Assembly (NCBI GenBank): GCA_022790955.1
Contig: JAAVYD010000143.1
Location: 4,635 to 68,634 of the forward strand
DNA from: Bacillota bacterium
Lineage (GTDB): Bacteria; Bacillota; Clostridia; Peptostreptococcales; Anaerovoracaceae
DNA: 64,000 bases
Reading direction: 5' to 3'
This document shows, in pieces, positions 58,037-64,000 of the stretch (positions are counted from its first letter, which is position 1; each line of letters opens with the position of its first letter). The notes under the pieces were generated by a model. It saw only the letters and a list, made by a program, of their open reading frames with translations. It was not told where the DNA came from and searched no databases. The position numbers and the translations under genes are program-made.

Positions 58037-60031
58037 ATGTCTGCAATCAGAATACAAGAAGCTGAACATTTTGTGATTCAAGAACATTTAAATGAGCAGC
58101 TTATGGTAGATGGATTGCTACAGGAAACACAGATTGAATGTGCAAAAAGGTTTTTATTCCGGAAAAGGATATATGATGTGACACTTATCGAGGAGTCTGA
58201 CTTTCGGCAGTTTAAGAGAGAGTTACTAGATGGCGAGGGATACATACGCAGACAGGTGGTGGAAATGTCAGGGGCACTCCGTAGGGTTCAGAAATATTGG
58301 ATAGAAAAGGAATATGGGGAGCTATTACATGAAATAGAGCGTTGTACGGATGCAGAAACACAACTGTTTGGTAATATTAAGAGATTTTTGATACGTCAAG
58401 GAATTCATCATTTAAAAGAAGTGGACTATTTACTTCGAGAGAAATATGAACAAGAACTGGCAAAGACAAGAACGGATGAACAGTGTTTAAAGTATTTGAA
58501 AGCGTTCGATAGGGTGAAACAGTATGATATTCGGGAAAATATGAAAAAACTTACGGGAATGATACGGAATAAGCTAACGTATAACAATCAGATTATTTTC
58601 CTGCCATATCTTCCCGATCAGGAACTGGCGATGGAATTTGACAAAGTGCGTGATAAAAATGAATGGATATGGGATTTTAAAAGGTCAGCATCAGAAATTT
58701 TAAAACGTCAGGTATTTTCCATATTAATATATATTCTTGATAATATGAGGGGGGATCCAAAGGGACGTAGAGTCAGGTTTTTACTGCCATTACGATGGTT
58801 ATATGAATTTTGCGTAGAGGAAAGGATTGCAGATTTAGAACGGCTGGAATTATACCAAATAGAAATGTTGAAAGAGACTGTTGCTCAGAAAGTAGTCAAT
58901 TATAAAAATGCCATGCAGATTGTGGACAACTGCAGAAAGATATTATTTCTAAATTCCCAAGAGATACACTGGAACGCAAATGTGTGGTATATAGAGCGGT
59001 TTCAGTTATCGCCGGAAAGAATCAATCCCAGTAATCCAGTTATGAGAATCAGTTTTTATGAAGTTAGCAATAAAAATAGTAGGGCATTACTTCAAGAATA
59101 TGTAAGATATCAGATTGGAATTACAGGTTTAACCATTGGAAATATCCGAACTCAATTATATGATTTAAAAAAGTTTTTGGAATACTTCACAGAGAAATCC
59201 TCCATTTTTGATTTATCAGATGTAGAACTGGAGTCTTATTTTATAGAGCTTCAAGAAGAAGATATAAAAGCAGAGACTTATAATAAACAGATAATTAATA
59301 TTTGGAAGTTTTATCAGTATTTCCTGTCGAAAGAAAGAATAAAAGAAATTCCTTTTGAATTAGAGTATTATTTGCAGAAAACATATCCTGTGCATTATGA
59401 CAGGACTGTAGAAGAAGCAATATATATGGAGATTCTCAATAAGTTGCATTTGTTTCCAGAGGTATCAAGACTGATATTTTTGCACCTATGGTGTACAGGA
59501 TTACGAATCAGTGAAGTTTGCACCTTAAAAGGAGACGCATACTACTGGGATGGAGAAGATGCATGGATAAAAGTATATCAGATTAAGATGAAAGCGGATA
59601 AGTTAATACCGATACCATTGGTATTATATAGGATTATGGATATATATATTCAAAAAAATAAAATACAAGCGAAGAGTTATTTATTTAAAAGCACAAATGG
59701 TGGAGCATACCGAGTAGGAAGTTTTTATAGAACATTTAAAGCCAATTGTGAAAGATATGAGATTGCTAACAGCGAGTATGTATTTAAAAGTCATGATTAT
59801 CGGCATACGCTGGCGACCAGATTTTATGATGATGGAGTATCTATACAGACGATACGAGATTATTTAGGACATGTTACCGAGGATATGACCAAGCAGTATA
59901 TAGACTATCTGCCAAAGAAAATTACTAAAGCAAATGAAGAATACTTTAACAAACCGGGAAATAATCTGGCGGCAGGAATTACAGTAAAGAAGCGTGGTGA
60001 GAAGGATGACGGAAAGAATCCACATATATGA
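58037..60031 (+). CDS. Tyrosine recombinase 2 (Tn554 TnpB-like size)
   Basis: 664 aa with motifs CTGLRISEVC, HDYRHTLA and LGHVTEDMTKQYI. Confidence 0.85.
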   Translation: MSAIRIQEAEHFVIQEHLNEQLMVDGLLQETQIECAKRFLFRKRIYDVTLIEESDFRQFKRELLDGEGYIRRQVVEMSGALRRVQKYWIEKEYGELLHEIERCTDAETQLFGNIKRFLIRQGIHHLKEVDYLLREKYEQELAKTRTDEQCLKYLKAFDRVKQYDIRENMKKLTGMIRNKLTYNNQIIFLPYLPDQELAMEFDKVRDKNEWIWDFKRSASEILKRQVFSILIYILDNMRGDPKGRRVRFLLPLRWLYEFCVEERIADLERLELYQIEMLKETVAQKVVNYKNAMQIVDNCRKILFLNSQEIHWNANVWYIERFQLSPERINPSNPVMRISFYEVSNKNSRALLQEYVRYQIGITGLTIGNIRTQLYDLKKFLEYFTEKSSIFDLSDVELESYFIELQEEDIKAETYNKQIINIWKFYQYFLSKERIKEIPFELEYYLQKTYPVHYDRTVEEAIYMEILNKLHLFPEVSRLIFLHLWCTGLRISEVCTLKGDAYYWDGEDAWIKVYQIKMKADKLIPIPLVLYRIMDIYIQKNKIQAKSYLFKSTNGGAYRVGSFYRTFKANCERYEIANSEYVFKSHDYRHTLATRFYDDGVSIQTIRDYLGHVTEDMTKQYIDYLPKKITKANEEYFNKPGNNLAAGITVKKRGEKDDGKNPHI

Positions 60032-61499
60032 GTTAGAATGTTATAAGCTGGCAACTGAAGAAAAGCGTGCAAAGATGAATAGCAGTGAAAAAAGGTATTT
60101 TAATTTGGAAGGCTTACCATCAGAACAGATTCGGGAGATATTAGAAGAATTTGTATGGGAACGGGGAAGGATATTAGCACCGTCTAGCATGGTATCTGAA
60201 TTGATTTACTACAATAATATCCGAAATTTTCTCATAGAAAAGAATATCAAAGAACTCCATTATGTTAACAGGGAAAAGATTATCTTGTTATTAAAAGGCT
60301 GGATGTTAGAACGAGGATATGCGCTTACAAGTAAAAAATATCGTCCGGCATATGATACAATGGTTGACGAAACATCTGGTATAGAGAAGTATATGAAAAA
60401 GCTTCTGCGTTTTATAAAACCGGAGGATTATCAAGAAGAGCAAGAAAAGGATATATGGGAATTAAAAAAAATTGGGTTTCAGATAAAAGATAGTCCGATT
60501 AGAAATGTAGAAACAATTAATTTTACACATATATTACAAGAGGATATAAGGACAGAGGTAAAGAGAGCTGTTTATCTACAACTCAAATACGTAGCGTTAG
60601 GAACTGTTTTGTCGGAGATGACGGCGACCAACCGCTTTACCAAGTATCTGGCAAAGAAATATCCGAAAATTTTATCGCTCCAAGATTTAGAACGAGAACA
60701 TATAGAAAATTACCTCGTTTATTTACAGACGGAGGATAAAGGGAGAAAAAATTATCGTTCAGATCTTTATGCTTTGCGAAGAGTTATTCAAAAGGTTGGA
60801 AAGATATATGAGCGGGAACATATGGAGAGTTTGTTTATCAATACAGATTTTCCAAGTACACCGAGATATGCATTCAGCTTTCGTACAGATGCGGAGATTA
60901 AGCGATTAAATGCTTTTATTTTTAACATGGATGAGCAGATTTCCAGATGCCTTATAATACACCAATTGTTAGGAACTCGAATATCGGAAACATTAACATT
61001 AAAAACAGATTGTGTATCCTTTAAAGAAGAGCGGTATTTTGTAAGAATTGATACGATAAAATCAACAACTTATGACAAACCAGTCAGTGAAGAACTAGCA
61101 ACGTTGATATTTGCAGCTATTGAATATACGAGAGAACGCTATGGTGAAACAAAATATATATTTGTACATGCGAAAGATTCAACAAAACCATATCAGTATT
61201 CCATGATTCAAAACAGGATTATGGTAATGATCCGACAAAAGGATATCCGGGACGATCATGGAGAACTCTTAAAGTTTGGAACACATATTTACCGCCATAG
61301 CTATGGAAAAAAATTGACAGAAATGCATGTGGAAGATTGGATGATAGCTAGGTTGCTTGGGCATAAGACGCTAAGAACAGTACATCACTATCGTAGGATT
61401 GGAAACAAAATGATGGCAGATGAGACAAGAAAGTCCAGAGAAAAAATGGACATGATTCTTCTACAAGTCATAGAAGGGTGGGAAGGATATGAACTATGA
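60006..61499 (+). CDS. Tyrosine recombinase 3
   Basis: Motifs LGTRISETL, HIYRHSYG and LGHKTLRTVHHYR. Overlaps the end of recombinase 2. Confidence 0.85.
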   Translation: MTERIHIYELECYKLATEEKRAKMNSSEKRYFNLEGLPSEQIREILEEFVWERGRILAPSSMVSELIYYNNIRNFLIEKNIKELHYVNREKIILLLKGWMLERGYALTSKKYRPAYDTMVDETSGIEKYMKKLLRFIKPEDYQEEQEKDIWELKKIGFQIKDSPIRNVETINFTHILQEDIRTEVKRAVYLQLKYVALGTVLSEMTATNRFTKYLAKKYPKILSLQDLEREHIENYLVYLQTEDKGRKNYRSDLYALRRVIQKVGKIYEREHMESLFINTDFPSTPRYAFSFRTDAEIKRLNAFIFNMDEQISRCLIIHQLLGTRISETLTLKTDCVSFKEERYFVRIDTIKSTTYDKPVSEELATLIFAAIEYTRERYGETKYIFVHAKDSTKPYQYSMIQNRIMVMIRQKDIRDDHGELLKFGTHIYRHSYGKKLTEMHVEDWMIARLLGHKTLRTVHHYRRIGNKMMADETRKSREKMDMILLQVIEGWEGYEL

Positions 61500-61911
61500 T
61501 AAAATGATAGCCTTAAATAAAGCGGAGAGCGAACAGAAAGTAAAATTGGCTCAACAGGCTATAGACACATTAGTGGAAAGAAAGGAGTATCCTTCGGTAA
61601 CGGAGCTAGTGAAGATGACGGGGTTATCCAGAGGGTTCTTCTATAAAAATAAAATAGTAAGAGAATGGCTGGATAATTCCATACAAAGACAAAGCGGAAT
61701 TTTGCAGCATATTTGGAAACGAAAAGCGGAATTTGGAGAAGCGGAAATTCTTGATTTGCGAATGGAAATTTCGAAACAAAGGTCAGATAATGAAAAGCTG
61801 AGAGAGGAAAATCAAAAGTTAGGAGAACAGGTGGATAAGTTACAGCAGACAATAGATAATCTCCAGAAGCGGTTACGAAAGAAAGAAATCACATTTTTGA
61901 AGAAGCTGTGA
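61489..61911 (+). CDS. TnpC-like small HTH/coiled-coil protein
   Basis: 140 aa. Overlaps the recombinase 3 stop. N-terminal VTELVKMTGLSRGFFYKN HTH-like segment and a C-terminal heptad region. Confidence 0.65.
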   Translation: MNYDKMIALNKAESEQKVKLAQQAIDTLVERKEYPSVTELVKMTGLSRGFFYKNKIVREWLDNSIQRQSGILQHIWKRKAEFGEAEILDLRMEISKQRSDNEKLREENQKLGEQVDKLQQTIDNLQKRLRKKEITFLKKL

Positions 61912-61952
61912 TTATATCACAGGGATCGTTGAAAAAAATTATTGGCTTAAAA

Positions 61953-62033
61953 ATGGAAGTGTTACATTTGAAACTTGAGATTGAAGATTTAGCAGAAGAA
62001 AATCAGAGGTTGAAAAGTGAATATGAAATATGA
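61953..62033 (+). pseudogene. Coiled-coil fragment resembling the C-terminus of a TnpC-like gene
   Basis: 26-aa ORF MEVLHLKLEIEDLAEENQRLKSEYEI. It overlaps the start of the next TnpC-like gene. Confidence 0.35.
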
Positions 62034-62388
62034 CAAAATAGTTTCTATTAGTCAGGCAAAAAGTAGAGAAAAGGTCAAGATTGCAAAACGAGAAATCCAA
62101 AATATGTTGGAGAGGAAAGAAAAGATAACTGTGGCGGCGTTGGTAAGAAATACAGGTTTTTCTAAAGCACTTTTTTATGATAATGATGAGGTGAGAATGT
62201 ATTTGGATGACGCGTTTCGCAAACAAGGCGCTTGTTATAATCCAAAGCAGGTTATTATAGATAGAGTTATGGAGAAGAAGCTTGAGATGTTAAAAACAAG
62301 TAATATAAAATTGAAAAAAGAAAATGAAAAGTTGAGGTATGAGAATTTTAAACTTAGGGAAGAAAATGCTTGGTTAAGAGAGAAATAA
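62023..62388 (+). CDS. Second TnpC-like small HTH/coiled-coil protein (paralogue of 61489-61911)
   Basis: Collinear similarity to the first copy: YDKIVSISQAKSREKVKIAKREIQ..LVRNTGFSKALFYDN vs YDKMIALNKAESEQKVKLAQQAID..LVKMTGLSRGFFYKN. Confidence 0.65.
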   Translation: MKYDKIVSISQAKSREKVKIAKREIQNMLERKEKITVAALVRNTGFSKALFYDNDEVRMYLDDAFRKQGACYNPKQVIIDRVMEKKLEMLKTSNIKLKKENEKLRYENFKLREENAWLREK

Positions 62389-62417
62389 ATTAAGCAAAAA
62401 TAAATATTGAAAATAAT

Positions 62418-62457
62418 GTAATGCGGTGGTTTAAATCTAAAAGCGAATCACCGTACT
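62418..62457. repeat. Right copy of imperfect direct repeat
   Basis: GTAATGCGG-(10 nt)-CTAAAAGCGA-at-CACCGTACT. The three blocks match the left copy at 8/9, 9/10 and 9/9, in the same order. Confidence 0.7.
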
Positions 62458-62692
62458 ATTTTATATTAATAATAGGAAAATGACAAGCCTACCAGTCGAG
62501 AGGTGCGGTGAAAGTTCCCCTGTTTATAAGGGATTCCAGGTGGGTACTAAATTTATGATGGATTTGTCTAATGATTTATGGTACAATGAATGCTCAACCG
62601 TGAAGACCCATTATGAATCTGGTTAAATTTACATAAAATTATAGATGATCTTTTCTGAAAATGGGAAAGCATAGTTTGAAAGGAGTATTTGT

Positions 62693-63157
62693 ATGAAATA
62701 CGTATGTATGCTTATATCGGTAGCTGACATTAACGCCGCAAGGAAATTTTATGAGGATTTGTTTGGATTAGAGGTGTTTCAGAATTACGGAAGAAACATA
62801 GCCTTTACCTGCGGTTTGGCATTGCAACAGGATTTTGATTGGCTTTTGAATCTGCCGAAAGAAAAGATATTAAAGAAATCCAACAATGAGGAAATTGTTT
62901 TTGAGGAACAGGACTTTGATGGGTTTCTGAACAAGTTGAAAGAATACCCGGATATTGAATATCTAGGAGAAGTGATCGAACATAGCTGGGGCCAGCGTGT
63001 GATTCGGTTTTACGATTTGGACGGACATATCATTGAAGTTGGAGAAGATATGAAAATGGTGATAAAGCGTTTTCTTGCTTCTGGTATGACGATAGAAGAA
63101 GTTTCTGTGAAAATGGATGCTTCCGTGGAGGACTTAACGAAACTTCTGAATAGTTAA
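62693..63157 (+). CDS. VOC/glyoxalase-bleomycin-resistance family protein
   Basis: 154 aa with an AAAGGAG RBS. N-terminal VADINAARKFYEDLFGLEV and C-terminal FYDLDGHIIEV patterns. Confidence 0.7.
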   Translation: MKYVCMLISVADINAARKFYEDLFGLEVFQNYGRNIAFTCGLALQQDFDWLLNLPKEKILKKSNNEEIVFEEQDFDGFLNKLKEYPDIEYLGEVIEHSWGQRVIRFYDLDGHIIEVGEDMKMVIKRFLASGMTIEEVSVKMDASVEDLTKLLNS

Positions 63158-63202
63158 TATACGGTGGACGAGGAAACGAATCGTAATGGGGGTGGGTGGA
63201 AA

Positions 63203-63577
63203 ATGAAACGAGAATTAGGAATCGCAAGGTGTGGACTTGCTTGCTGCCTGTGTTCGGAAAATGTAAAATGCAATGGATGTTCTTCGGATAACTGTCCAGG
63301 CTACATCCAATGTGAAAACAGAAAATGTTCCATCGAAAAGGGGCTCTCAGGCTGCTATGCTTGTAAAATGGATTGCAAAAGAGGTTTGCTGAGTAAAATC
63401 AAGCCATATGGTTTTACATCGTTTATAAAAAGATATGGGATGCAGAAGCTTCTTAACTACCTCGAGGAAAACGAAAAGAAAGGAATCGTATATCACCGTG
63501 AAGGAATCATTGGCGATTATGATGATTTTGATGATGTGGAAAGGCTGATAGAATTTGTTATGAATGGAAAACGTTAA
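63203..63577 (+). CDS. DUF3795-like Cys-rich protein
   Basis: CGLACCLCSENVKCNGCSSDNCPG...C..C pattern near the N-terminus. Confidence 0.55.
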   Translation: MKRELGIARCGLACCLCSENVKCNGCSSDNCPGYIQCENRKCSIEKGLSGCYACKMDCKRGLLSKIKPYGFTSFIKRYGMQKLLNYLEENEKKGIVYHREGIIGDYDDFDDVERLIEFVMNGKR

Positions 63578-63623
63578 TCTCCATCTTGTCGGGACTTTGA
63601 ATAAATTTGAGGAGAATGATTTA

Positions 63624-64000
63624 ATGAAGGCATTTAGTCGAGAAGCAAAACAGATCATGATTGAGCGTTTCGGGAAAGATACAATTATAGCATTGGCAAC
63701 AGCAGAAAATGTAACTCCTTATGTGCGATATGTAAATGCCTATTATGAAAATGGAGCTTTTTACATCATTACCCATGCACTCTCAAATAAAATAAAACAT
63801 ATAAAAGATAACTCCGTTGTTGCAATCGCTGGAGAGTGGTTTACAGCGCATGGAAAAGGGGTTAGCTTGGGTTATTTCGGGAAAAAAGAGAATTGTGTGA
63901 TTGCTGAAAAGCTGAAAAAAGTCTTTGTAGAATGGATCAATAACGGGCACACGGATTTTGATGATGAAAACACCATCATTCTGCGTGTAGAATTAACAGA
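63624..64000 (+). CDS. Pyridoxamine 5-prime-phosphate oxidase-like (split-barrel) protein, 3-prime partial
   Basis: GAGGAG RBS. The ORF MKAFSREAKQIMIERFGKDTIIALATAENVTPYVRYVNAYYENGAFYIITH... runs off the window end and is not in the supplied ORF track. Confidence 0.55.
   Translation, partial: MKAFSREAKQIMIERFGKDTIIALATAENVTPYVRYVNAYYENGAFYIITHALSNKIKHIKDNSVVAIAGEWFTAHGKGVSLGYFGKKENCVIAEKLKKVFVEWINNGHTDFDDENTIILRVELT

Larger units (their letters stand above)
53742..62457 (+). mobile_element. Tn554/RIT-like element: three tandem tyrosine recombinases plus TnpC-like genes, with sigma region-4 and DinG-like cargo
   Basis: Recombinase genes at 56904-58019, 58037-60031 and 60006-61499, each with R...HxxR...H..Y motifs. 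A small coiled-coil gene overlaps the last one. Collinear imperfect direct repeats lie at 53742-53775 and 62418-62457. Confidence 0.65.

Overview
64-kb mosaic accessory region of a low-GC Firmicute. The gene families suggest Clostridia (Lachnospiraceae- or Clostridioides-like), but that is inference only. All family calls come from motif recognition by eye, and no searches were run. No rRNA, tRNA or CRISPR array was seen.

Layout:
(i) 1-6.6 kb is very AT-rich. It holds a coupled membrane protein / radical SAM / DHOD-like cassette, a decayed adhesin fossil and a ROK regulator.
(ii) ~6.7-37.0 kb is visibly GC-richer, with all genes on the + strand. It is a conjugative element with a CD1108-CD1115-type T4SS (VirD4, Maff2, VirB6-like, PrgI-like, VirB4, lysozyme/CHAP). 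It also carries MobC plus relaxase, PcfB, ArdC-like, Toprim/DUF3991 and ParM genes. Its cargo is two orphan DNA methyltransferases, an element-borne metK, an amidoligase-GGCT pair, and a 1437-aa Cna-B adhesin with its own class-B sortase. No recombinase lies inside it and the right end looks truncated.
(iii) 37.1-39.2 kb, minus strand, is a LytTR two-component system whose kinase is split at a G9 tract.
(iv) 39.3-53.1 kb is a c-di-GMP module (REC-GGDEF, PilZ, membrane GGDEF) around a second ~1400-aa collagen-binding-type adhesin and an SH3 lipoprotein. It also has membrane proteins, a metallophosphoesterase and an ABC-2 transporter.
(v) 53.7-62.5 kb is a Tn554/RIT-like element with three tandem tyrosine recombinases, TnpC-like coiled-coil genes, a DinG-like helicase and a sigma region-4 protein. 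It is bracketed by imperfect direct repeats.
(vi) 62.7-64.0 kb holds VOC/glyoxalase, DUF3795-like and PNPOx-like genes.

Most interesting:
- the uncharacterised amidoligase-GGCT cargo pair;
- a 4-copy iteron array in the metK leader;
- two G/C homopolymer tracts, each sitting exactly at a frameshift;
- two adjacent cargo genes that lack canonical start codons;
- the recombinase-trio element that carries DinG.
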